This document shows, in pieces, positions 19,478 through 27,396 of a stretch of DNA of 64,000 bases; the first letter of the stretch is position 1; each line of letters starts with the position of its first letter. The stretch is taken from contig CAVQJP010000022.1 in assembly GCA_963712825.1 (NCBI GenBank), forward strand, positions 927 through 64,926, read 5' to 3'. The position numbers and the translations under genes were made by a program. The notes below the pieces were generated by a model. It was not told the DNA's origin, ran no database searches, and saw nothing but the letters and a program-made list of their open reading frames with translations. The stretch comes from an uncultured Alphaproteobacteria bacterium. GTDB taxonomy: Bacteria > Pseudomonadota > Alphaproteobacteria > ATCC43930 > CGMCC-115725.

Positions 19478-20038
19478 CTACTCTTCGGCTGCGCGCGGCG
19501 CCTCGGCGCCATGGGTGATCCGCGCGATCAGCGGCATGATCTTGCGGTCGACATCCTCTTCGCTGAGCGGGCCGACCTGGCGGTAGCGGACATGCCCGGA
19601 GGCATCGACGACATAGGTCTCAGGCACGCCGTAAACGCCGAAATTGATAGCCGTCGCACCGTCGCGGTCGATGCCGACGCGGTGATACGGGTTGCCGAGA
19701 TCGTCGAGGAAATGCCTGGAATCGGCGGGCTTGTCCTTGTAGGCGATGCCGACGAGGGTGACGCCGGGCTCGTGCGCCAGCGCCATCAGCGCCGGCTGCT
19801 CCTCGCGGCAGGGCGCGCACCACGACGCGAAAAAATTGACGAGGGTGACCCCGTGGCCGAGATCCCTGCGCGCCAAGCCCTTCGCCGGGTCGTAAAGGCC
19901 CGGCAGGTCGAAGTTCGGGGCCGGGCGGTCGATCAAGGCCGACGGCAACAGGCTCGGGTCATGGCCGAGCCCCAGCGCGAACGCAACCAGCAGCACCGCA
20001 AACAGCCCCACCGGCAGCAGAAAAAGGAGCCTGCGCAC
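19478..20038 (-). CDS. ccmG: thiol:disulfide interchange protein for cytochrome c maturation (DsbE/CcmG)
   Basis: N-terminal membrane anchor, thioredoxin motif 'FFASWCAPCREE' and 'GVYGVPETYVVD'. Confidence 0.85.
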   Translation of the reverse strand: MRRLLFLLPVGLFAVLLVAFALGLGHDPSLLPSALIDRPAPNFDLPGLYDPAKGLARRDLGHGVTLVNFFASWCAPCREEQPALMALAHEPGVTLVGIAYKDKPADSRHFLDDLGNPYHRVGIDRDGATAINFGVYGVPETYVVDASGHVRYRQVGPLSEEDVDRKIMPLIARITHGAEAPRAAEE

Positions 20039-20085
20039 CGTTCCGTTCCGATCTCAGCAGAGGGGTGGAGGTAACGGTCGGGGCC

Positions 20086-21552
20086 TCATGGATTAAGTGT
20101 ATCCTTATGGATCTTGCCATCTTTCATTATGATGAGGAAATTCTTTGCCGGGTTGGCGATCAGCTCGATGTTCTCAACGGGGTTGCCGTCGACGAGCACC
20201 AGATCGGCAAGCGCGCCCACCTCGACGACCCCCAACTTTCCGCGATAAGGATTGCGTGGACCGGCTAAGCCGAGCAGCTCGGCATTGGTGGCGGTTGCCA
20301 TTCTTAAAGTTTCGGACCCCGTATACCAACGGCTCAGGTGGGTCAACATAGCACCCTGACGCATCGTCAGCGTGTCGGAGAAGAGTAGATCCGAACCGAA
20401 TGCCGTCTTGATCTGATATTTTTTTGCGAGCGTGTATGCTCGATCGGTGCCGGCAAAAACCTGAAGTTGGTCAACCCGGCTTTGGCCGGTCAGACAAATC
20501 GAGTCGTCATCTCCGAGAAATGGTTGAATGCTCAGCCATATGCCCCTCTGCGCCATCAGCTTGGCGGTCGCTTCGTCCATCAGATGGCCGTGCTCGATGC
20601 ACGTAACGCCCGCGGCGATCGCTCGCTGGATTGGCGCTGGCGGATAAGCGTGCGCGGTGACATAGGTGGCCCAGTCCCCGGCCGCTTCGACCGCCGCGCG
20701 CAATTCGGGTTCGGTGAAAGTGGAGGCGTGCAGCGGGCTGCGCGGCGAAGATACGCCGCCGCTTGCCACCACTTTGATCTGCGACGCACCCTGCAGCAGT
20801 TGCTCGCGCACGCGCAGCCGGACCTGATCGGGACTGTCGGCGATTATGCTGCCGCCGGTCTGCTCCACGCGGCTGAGCGTGCCGCCGACAGTCGGCAGAT
20901 CAGACAACGGACGTAAGTCGCCATGACCGCCGGTGGCGGTTATCATGGCTCCGGACGGATAGATGCGGGGGCCCGGCACGAGACCCTCGTCGATCGCCTG
21001 CTTCAACGCGAAGGCCGGACCGCCGACATCCCGGACCGTGGTGAAGCCGCGCATCAAGGTTCGCTCGGCCTCGGCGCTGGCGGACAAATAGATGTAGCCG
21101 ACATCCGCGGCCATCAAAGTCGGCAGCGGCAGCGCGGCAAAAATAGAATGCCAGTGCGCGTCGATCAGACCCGGCATAAGGACTCGGCCGCCGCAATCGA
21201 CCACTTGCGCATCGTCCGGCGCGGCCGGGTTGCCCGCCGCCACCGCTTTGATCCGATTGCCCTCGACGAGCACCCGGAGCCCGTCGCGTAACGCGCCGGA
21301 GGTTCCGTCGAACAACCGCAAATTCGTGAACAGGATCGGCTGCTGCGATCGCCCCGGTCCGGGCGACGGCTGCGCATGGGCGGCTTTGGCGATGCCGAGC
21401 GCCGCAATCGAGGTAGCCATGCCGGCTACAAAGCCGCGTCGTGAAAGATCCTGGCTGATTCGACGTGTCAGAGACTGAATTTCCGGCCGGTGGCAGAAGC
21501 AGCCGGCATGGCCCGCCAACGCTGCGGCATTATTCGATGTGGAGGACGACAA
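20086..21552 (-). CDS. Tat-exported amidohydrolase-family metallohydrolase
   Basis: Twin-arginine leader 'SRRGFVAGMATSIAALGIAKAAHA', metal-binding 'GLIDAHWH', and the later motifs 'TAHAY' and 'CIEHGH'. GC is visibly lower than in the flanking ccm genes. Confidence 0.8.
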   Translation of the reverse strand: MSSSTSNNAAALAGHAGCFCHRPEIQSLTRRISQDLSRRGFVAGMATSIAALGIAKAAHAQPSPGPGRSQQPILFTNLRLFDGTSGALRDGLRVLVEGNRIKAVAAGNPAAPDDAQVVDCGGRVLMPGLIDAHWHSIFAALPLPTLMAADVGYIYLSASAEAERTLMRGFTTVRDVGGPAFALKQAIDEGLVPGPRIYPSGAMITATGGHGDLRPLSDLPTVGGTLSRVEQTGGSIIADSPDQVRLRVREQLLQGASQIKVVASGGVSSPRSPLHASTFTEPELRAAVEAAGDWATYVTAHAYPPAPIQRAIAAGVTCIEHGHLMDEATAKLMAQRGIWLSIQPFLGDDDSICLTGQSRVDQLQVFAGTDRAYTLAKKYQIKTAFGSDLLFSDTLTMRQGAMLTHLSRWYTGSETLRMATATNAELLGLAGPRNPYRGKLGVVEVGALADLVLVDGNPVENIELIANPAKNFLIIMKDGKIHKDTLNP

Positions 21553-21639
21553 GGCGCACCTTCAAACAAGCTTGACGACAAAGCCAGCGCGTCGGCGGAG
21601 CGGGTGAAGCAGGATGTGTTTCAAGCTGGCGCAATCATC

Positions 21640-22128
21640 CTAATGCCCGATCGCGCGGCCGGCCGGTTTCAACGGCGCGGCGGCGGCCTCGGTCGCTGCG
21701 CCCTCTTGCCAATGTCCGGACTTTTTCAGCGCATCGACGACTTCGCGCGGCATGTAGCGCTCGTCATGCTTGGCGAGGATGGTCGAGGCGTCGAACACGC
21801 CATGGTCGAGCTTGCCTTCGGCGACGACCCCCTGTCCTTCGCGAAACAGATCGGGAAGGATGCCGTGATAGACGACCGCGACATCGGTCTTGCCGTCGGT
21901 GATGCGAAAGCTGACGCGGCTGCCGCCGCTGCGCTCGATGCTGCGATCCTCGACGAGGCCGCCGATCCGCATCCGCCGGTCGGCCGACATCGCCTCGGTT
22001 TTAAGATCGCTCGGGCTGTAGAAAAAAACGAGGTTGCTGCTGAACGCGGTCAGCACCAGCGCCGTCGCGCCGGCCAACGCCGTCATGCCGAGCGCCAACA
22101 GCCCCAGGCGTTGCTGCTTGCGGGTCAT
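21640..22128 (-). CDS. ccmE: cytochrome c-type biogenesis heme chaperone CcmE
   Basis: Internal Met 'MTRKQQRLGLLALGMTALAG...LVFFYSPSD...RIGGLVE...GILPDLFREGQGVVAEG...ILAKHDERYMP' includes the heme-binding His. The ATGA overlaps the ccmD stop. Confidence 0.9.
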   Translation of the reverse strand: MTRKQQRLGLLALGMTALAGATALVLTAFSSNLVFFYSPSDLKTEAMSADRRMRIGGLVEDRSIERSGGSRVSFRITDGKTDVAVVYHGILPDLFREGQGVVAEGKLDHGVFDASTILAKHDERYMPREVVDALKKSGHWQEGAATEAAAAPLKPAGRAIGH

Positions 22129-22325
22129 TGCCCGGCTCGGCGACGGCGCCCGAGCTGCTGCTGCAGCGATTCGAGGCCGCGCACGCTGGCGCGATAGCGT
22201 CGCCATGAGAAAAGGGCGAGGCCGCCGAGCACCGCCGCGGTCAGGCCATAGGCCGGCCACACAAAAACGGCGTAGCCGCCCATTGCCAGATAGGCTTCGA
22301 CCGCGCTCATCGCCGGCGCCGTCAT
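22125..22325 (-). CDS. ccmD: heme exporter protein CcmD
   Basis: 66-aa tail of ORF 22125..23576, 'MTAPAMSAVEAYLAMGGYAVFVWPAYGLTAAVLGGLALFSWRRYR'. ATGA overlaps link it to both the ccmC stop and the ccmE start. Confidence 0.7.
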   Translation of the reverse strand: MTAPAMSAVEAYLAMGGYAVFVWPAYGLTAAVLGGLALFSWRRYRASVRGLESLQQQLGRRRRAGQ

Positions 22326-23104
22326 TGCAGCGCCGCCGGCCGCGCCGGAACCGGCGCTTCCCGCCGCGGACGAGCCGGGGCGCCGGCCGGGATGTTGTTG
22401 AGGCGCAGTGCCAATGCCTTGCGTTCGTTGAGCTCGGCGCGCATCCGGACCAGCAGCAGTGTCAAAAACAGCAGCATAAAGCCCAGCGCCATGACCAGCA
22501 GCGGCGTCAGCATCGACAGCGCGATCATCGGCTTGCCGAGCCGCAGCACGGTTGCCGGCTGATGCAACGTGTTCCACCAGTCGACCGAAAACTTGATGAT
22601 CGGCAGGTTGACGACGCCGACCAAGGCCAAAACCGACCCCGCCCGGCCGCCGCGCGCCGGGTCGTCGAACCCGTTCACCAGCGCGATGTAGCCGAGATAG
22701 AGAAAGAACAGCACCAGCACCGAGGTCAGCCGCGCGTCCCACACCCACCAGGTCCCCCACATCGGCCGGCCCCACAGCGAGCCGGTGGTCAGGCAGACAA
22801 AGGTGAACGCGGCTCCGATCGGCGCCGCCGCGCGCGCCGCGATCTCGGCCAAGGCATGGCGCCACACCAGTGAAACAGCGCTCGCCACCGCGACAAACAG
22901 ATAGACGTTGAGCGCCAGCCATGCCGCCGGGACGTGGACATACATGATCCGCACCGCCTCGCCCTGCTGGTAGTCGGGCGGCGCTGCGAACAACGCGAGG
23001 TAAATCCCAAGCGCGATCACCCCGAGGCTCGCCCAGGCGCACCAAGGCAGCGCCGCGGCGCTGATCCGCATAAAACGTGCCGGGTTGGCAAAACGGCTGG
23101 TCAT
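22322..23104 (-). CDS. ccmC: heme exporter protein CcmC
   Basis: 260-aa polytopic ORF containing the WGxxWxWD heme-handling motif 'WGRPMWGTWWVWDARLTS'. Confidence 0.9.
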   Translation of the reverse strand: MTSRFANPARFMRISAAALPWCAWASLGVIALGIYLALFAAPPDYQQGEAVRIMYVHVPAAWLALNVYLFVAVASAVSLVWRHALAEIAARAAAPIGAAFTFVCLTTGSLWGRPMWGTWWVWDARLTSVLVLFFLYLGYIALVNGFDDPARGGRAGSVLALVGVVNLPIIKFSVDWWNTLHQPATVLRLGKPMIALSMLTPLLVMALGFMLLFLTLLLVRMRAELNERKALALRLNNIPAGAPARPRREAPVPARPAALQ

Positions 23105-23200
23105 CGTTCTCCGCAGCTTGCTCGCGCTTGGTTATCGTAGCGTAAACGGCGGCAAAGGTCAGCGGCGTCGCGGTCGCATTAAGGGCGAGGCCGGGTGCGG

Positions 23201-23866
23201 TCACTCGAGGGCGAGCCGCAAGGCTGCCGCGCTTGCCCACGGACACAAGGCCAACGACGCCAATGACATCGCGCCGAGCAGCAGCAAATCGGCGCCGGCT
23301 CCGGTTCCGACAGCACTCGCCTCGACCGCTCCGGCGCCAAAAATCAGCGGCGGCACGTAGAGCGGCAACACCAACAGCGACAACAGCACCGCCTGCCGCC
23401 GTGCGCCCAGGGTCAACGCCGCGGCGACGCCGCCGAGCAGGCTCAACACCGGCGTGCCGATCAACAGGCTCAAGGCCAAGACCGGGATCGCGTGCGGGTC
23501 GAGATCGACAACCAGCGCCAATGCCGGGCTGACCACCGCCAGCGGCAGCCCGGTTGCGACCCAATGCGCGGCGCATTTGGCGAGCACCGCAAGCTCAAGC
23601 GGCAATGGCGACAAAACAATCAGCTCGAGACCGCCATCCTCGTAATCCGGCAGAAACAGCCGGTCGAGCGACAACAGCGCGGCGAGCAGCGCGGCGACCC
23701 ACAAAATGCCGGCCGCGACCCGCGCCAGCACTTCTGCCTCGGGGCCGACCCCGAACGGAAACAGCACGACGGCGAGCACAAAAAAGGCGAGGACGAGACC
23801 GGTCTCGCCGCCCTGATGCAACGCCAGCCGCAGGTCACGGCGAAAGAGGCCGATAAACGCCCGCAT
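23201..23866 (-). CDS. ccmB: heme exporter permease CcmB
   Basis: 221-aa six-TM ORF located between ccmA and ccmC ('FFVLAVVLFPFGVGPE'). Confidence 0.85.
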   Translation of the reverse strand: MRAFIGLFRRDLRLALHQGGETGLVLAFFVLAVVLFPFGVGPEAEVLARVAAGILWVAALLAALLSLDRLFLPDYEDGGLELIVLSPLPLELAVLAKCAAHWVATGLPLAVVSPALALVVDLDPHAIPVLALSLLIGTPVLSLLGGVAAALTLGARRQAVLLSLLVLPLYVPPLIFGAGAVEASAVGTGAGADLLLLGAMSLASLALCPWASAAALRLALE

Positions 23867-23868
23867 CG

Positions 23869-24546
23869 TCAGCCTGCGGGGTCGGGGTCGGGGTCAAGAT
23901 CGCCGGAGCGCGGCGCGAAGCCGTCGAGGGCGAGGTTCGCCGCGGCGTCGAGCGCGATCGGCGTGTGGGTCGCCAGCATTGCCATGCCGCCGGCGGCGCG
24001 GTGCGCGGCGATCGCCCGCTCGAGCCCCGCCTGGCTGGCGTCGTCGAGGGCGCTCGTCGGCTCGTCCAGAAGCCATAACGGTGCCGGAACCACCAGCAGT
24101 CGGGCCAGGGCGACGCGCCGCCGCTGTCCGGCCGACAGCCAGCGGCACGGCCAGTCGGCGATCGGGTCGAGGGCGAAGGCGGAAAGGGCCTCGTCCAATG
24201 CCGGGGCAGAGCGGGGCAGCCGCAACCCGCGCAGCGCGGCCCAAAAGGTCAGCGTCTCGCGCGGGGTCATGGCCGGCTTCAGCGCATCCTGATGGCCGAG
24301 ATAATGCAGCCGGAGGCGATGGCCGACAGGATCGTCGGCGACCGGTGCTGCCGCCCACGACAGGCGCCCGGCCGCCGGCGGAAGCAGGCCGGCAACGAGC
24401 CGCAGCAGGCTCGACTTGCCGCTGCCGTTGGCGCCGGTCAGCACCAAGGCGCCCCCGGGGCCAAGCCGGAACGACACGCCGACAAAGACGACCCGCTCGC
24501 CGCGGCGGCAGGCGAGATCCTCGGCAACCAGATCGGCGGCGCGCAT
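23869..24546 (-). CDS. ccmA: heme exporter ATP-binding protein CcmA
   Basis: Walker A 'GANGSGKSSLLRLVAG', ABC signature 'LSAGQRRRVALARL' and Walker B 'LWLLDEP'. Confidence 0.85.
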   Translation of the reverse strand: MRAADLVAEDLACRRGERVVFVGVSFRLGPGGALVLTGANGSGKSSLLRLVAGLLPPAAGRLSWAAAPVADDPVGHRLRLHYLGHQDALKPAMTPRETLTFWAALRGLRLPRSAPALDEALSAFALDPIADWPCRWLSAGQRRRVALARLLVVPAPLWLLDEPTSALDDASQAGLERAIAAHRAAGGMAMLATHTPIALDAAANLALDGFAPRSGDLDPDPDPAG

Positions 24547-24597
24547 CGCGGTTCCGCGAACGCTGACAAAGGACAGACCGGTCAGGACGACGCACGC

Positions 24598-24625
24598 AAA
24601 AAGGCGGCTCCGGAGGGGGAATCCG
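24598..24625 (+). repeat. att-type direct repeat, distal copy
   Basis: 28/28 identity with 38574-38601. Similarity continues imperfectly to ~24632 ('cgccgct' versus 'gagccgct'). Confidence 0.75.
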
Positions 24626-24843
24626 CGCCGCTCTCTGATTTCATTATGATATTTGGGATTTCTCTCACTATCCCATAGCTATTCCAACGTTGTCGGGTGG
24701 TCGCTAACGACGGCCATTTGGCAGCGGAGCGCCCCCCGCCAAGCATGGCGATCGTGCCTCGCCGGCGACTTTCGTCGATCGCCGGTTTCGGAACCCCCGC
24801 GGCCGGCGCGCCGCCGCCCAATCCGCCCGCGCGAGGCCAGCCT

Positions 24844-25087
24844 TCAATATTGCGGGCGCGGGAGTTCCGAGATCACCAGATACCATAGAAACGGCATGAT
24901 CGTGGAGATCACCATTACCCAAATTCCATGACCTTCGCGCTGGCGCATCGTCAGGATGACGCCGAGCACAAAGCCGACGATCGGCAGCGCGAATGCCGTC
25001 GACCAGGCGCCGAAGATGATGTTCTGCTCGGCCGCGACAGTCTCTCCCTGTTTTCCACGAAGGGCCCGGCGACCGCAGCGGCGTCAT
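24844..25087 (-). pseudogene. small two-TM membrane protein, apparent frameshift in an A4 run
   Basis: ATG 25087 overlaps the upstream stop as ATGA ('MTPLRSPGPSWK'). After 'ggaaaacagg' the hydrophobic reading 'GETVAAEQNIIFGAWSTAFALPIVGFVLGVILTMRQREGHGIWVMVISTIMPFLWYLVI' continues in another frame to TGA 24844. Confidence 0.35.
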
Positions 25088-25434
25088 CGCAGGGCGATTT
25101 CGTCTCCCGTCGCTATGTCGCAGGGGGCGGTGACGAAGTCCGCAGGCACGCGGCGGCGCCCTAAGCGAGGGGCTAAACAGGCAAGACATAATACTCCGCC
25201 ACCGCGCGGCACCGCTTTCCGCCAAAGTGCACCGCGCAGCATGTAGAACTCAGGCTCCTCACGACCGCAGTCTCTGCAACAAGCGCGGCGTCGGGTCAGG
25301 TCCTTATAGCGCCGCGTTTTTCGCGAGCCGCTTTTCATCAGCCGCAGCAACTCGGTGTTCAGCTCCTCGAACTCCACATCAGTCAACGCTACCCCCCGGC
25401 TCAGCAAAGCGGCGCCGCGCCCGGCGAGGTTCAC
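25084..25434 (-). CDS. phage-associated small Cys-containing protein
   Basis: 116-aa ORF. 'CCRDCGREEPEFYMLRGALWRKAVPRGGGVLCLACLAPRLGRR' resembles short zinc-ribbon-like proteins seen in prophages. It overlaps both neighbours by 4 nt. Confidence 0.5.
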   Translation of the reverse strand: MNLAGRGAALLSRGVALTDVEFEELNTELLRLMKSGSRKTRRYKDLTRRRACCRDCGREEPEFYMLRGALWRKAVPRGGGVLCLACLAPRLGRRRVPADFVTAPCDIATGDEIALR

Positions 25435-25784
25435 CCTCGGGGCGGCAGGATGATCTGCATCCTTTCAGCAGGCGTCTGACCGCTCCCGCCGCCGGGCGGA
25501 GAAGCTGGCGCCGGCATCCACCAGGTCGGCTCAAGGCGCGCCTCGCAGCTATCGTCACGCCAGAAATGGCCATCCCAAGCCCCGAAGGTCCACCGGCGCT
25601 CGCTCCCGCAAGGCGTCCACAACAACACGGCCGGCTCATCCTGATGGTATTCGGCAGCCGGATCTTTAGCCGGCCAGCGCTCGCCGCACCTGATCGGCGC
25701 CGTCGCGATCGGCATAGCCTCGACGGGCCGCACTGGCACGGGCAGCGCCGGCAAGGAGGAATTTAGCGTCTCGTGGTTAAACAT
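25431..25784 (-). CDS. DUF551-like phage protein
   Basis: 117-aa ORF. 'VLLWTPCGSERRWTFGAWDGHFWRDD...LEPTWWMPAPASPP' has the DUF551-style W...G.W....THWMPLP ending. Confidence 0.5.
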   Translation of the reverse strand: MFNHETLNSSLPALPVPVRPVEAMPIATAPIRCGERWPAKDPAAEYHQDEPAVLLWTPCGSERRWTFGAWDGHFWRDDSCEARLEPTWWMPAPASPPGGGSGQTPAERMQIILPPRG

Positions 25785-26103
25785 GGTCTTTTATCCTCGA
25801 TTTAAGGTGAGCCCGGTGCTTGACCAGGCGCGTAAAGCCGCCCCCGCCGCCCTTTAAGCTTTCGCCCTGGACATACGGCAGCGGACACCGGACGCGGATT
25901 GGGCATGGATCTCGATCGACTTTACGTTCAGCCTGGTCAAGGGCTGGAACACCGACCCTGCGCGGGCGTGCGTCAAAAATTCGTTGCAATCACCATCCCT
26001 CGGCGCGCCCAAAACGCCGTTCGTTCTAAAATCCATTTCAAGGGCCGCTGAGCGCATGTTGTCGTCAACTGTCCCGGTGTAGCCGCCGATCCGCGTTCAG
26101 CGA

Positions 26104-26578
26104 TCAGCCGGGTGGCCACGGCGGGCGGCGCGGCCACGGACCTATCGCATCGCGCTGCTGCTGATAGGCGTCGAGCACCTCCTCGGCGATTGCCACGGCG
26201 AGCTCGGGCGGCAGCGAGATCGCCGGCTGCGGCGAGGCGCCTGAGCGCCCGCCCGGCGCTTCGATGCCGAGCTCGCGCGGGCCGAGGTTGACGACCTTCA
26301 CGCCATGCAAGCCGATGGACGACGCCGTCAATGTCGATTTCCACCTCGGCCAGAGCGAGCAAGCGCCGCGAGCCGGCAATCGGCGCGATTTTCATGACCG
26401 TGACATTGACCGGCAGCGTATCAACTTCTGCGCCGCCGGCGCCGAGGGCGCGGCCCTCGACGAGCTGGTCGTGGTCGCGCTCGACGAGCTGGTCGTGGTC
26501 GCGCTCGACGAGCTGGTCGTGGTCGCGCTCGACGCCCTGGTCGTGGTCGCGATTGTCGATCATTCGGCGCGCGATCAT
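26104..26578 (-). CDS. repeat-bearing phage protein (SpoVG-like core?), one frameshift near 26330
   Basis: 'MIARRMIDNRDHDQGVE(RDHDQLVE)x3...VNVTVMKIAPIAGSRRLLALAEVEIDIDGV' is in ORF 25973-26662. It continues as 'SIGLHGVKVVNLGPRELGIEAPGGRSG...ISLPPELAVAIAEEVLDAYQQQ' in ORF 26104-26379. ATGA couples it to the upstream gene. Confidence 0.5.
26456..26551. repeat. 24-bp tandem repeat x4 (coding)
   Basis: 'ctcgacgagctggtcgtggtcgcg' occurs three times exactly, plus one variant copy. It encodes the octapeptide RDHDQLVE on the minus strand. Confidence 0.9.
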
Positions 26579-26823
26579 CGGCTCTGACCGGAGTATGTCG
26601 CCAACAACAACCCATGGGCGCGCACGAGCTGCAGCAGCGCGCCTACCGGCATGACATCGCACCCCAATTGCTCGGCGACCGCCGTCAATGCGTCGGCATA
26701 GTCGGCGACGGTATCGGCCGCGCTCGGATCGGCTCGCAATTGCGTGGCTCGCGTCCGCGCCTGGCGGCCGAGTTCTCGGAACCGTTTTGCCATCAGCTGC
26801 GCGACGGCATCGGCCTTGCTCAT
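26575..26823 (-). CDS. hypothetical phage protein
   Basis: 82-aa ORF with non-random composition. Its stop overlaps the next start as ATGA. Confidence 0.45.
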   Translation of the reverse strand: MSKADAVAQLMAKRFRELGRQARTRATQLRADPSAADTVADYADALTAVAEQLGCDVMPVGALLQLVRAHGLLLATYSGQSR

Positions 26824-27069
26824 AGCAATCCCGCCGTCTTTTCGTCAGCGCGCCAAAGTCCGGCGCCGAAGGGCCTTATGATCCCAAGAACGCCCGGTCT
26901 TTCCTCTGAACGTGGGATGCGATGCCGCCGGCGGCGCGACCGCGGCGAGCCGCGCATCCCGTTGCGCGCCGGGGTCGGTTTCTGCGTAAATTCGCGCGAT
27001 CATGTCGATTTCCGCCCCGCGTTCAACATCGGTTCGCCGCATCAGCTCGCTCCTTGTTGGGGCGACGCG

Positions 27070-27396
27070 TCAGGTATCCGTCTTGCCGCCGTCGATGACC
27101 TGCCAGCCGGCGCGCACCTGGTCGCCGGCGATCGGCATCTCGAAAGCTTCAATCATTATTTCAGCGATCAGAGTGCGTTTTGTTCGGCCGCCCTGAGCAG
27201 CCGTCGCCTGGCTTTCCACAAAGCGCAACATCGCCGCAAGCTCGGAGCGCGACATCAGCTCCTTGCGCTCGAGCGTCATGGCAAGAGCGAAAAGAACGTC
27301 GAGCACCCCGTTGAGCATGAGCCCAAAATCCGTTTCGGCATTAAACGATCCGTGAGCACCATGGCCCTGGCTTTCCATTGGCGAAAAAAACCTCAC
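27070..27396 (-). CDS. hypothetical phage protein downstream of the tape-measure gene
   Basis: 108-aa ORF that overlaps the tape-measure stop by 4 nt. No recognisable motif. Confidence 0.4.
   Translation of the reverse strand: MRFFSPMESQGHGAHGSFNAETDFGLMLNGVLDVLFALAMTLERKELMSRSELAAMLRFVESQATAAQGGRTKRTLIAEIMIEAFEMPIAGDQVRAGWQVIDGGKTDT

Noticed and set aside
24704-25225. A 173-aa minus-strand ORF at the left end of the island.
   Set aside because: It is Arg-rich and low-complexity overall. Only its 'MTPLRSPGPSWK' start (with ATGA coupling) seems real, after which the plausible membrane-protein reading continues in another frame.
26456-26551. A possible CRISPR-like repeat array.
   Set aside because: The 24-bp units are directly contiguous with no spacers. 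They are in frame within a coding region, and no cas genes are nearby.
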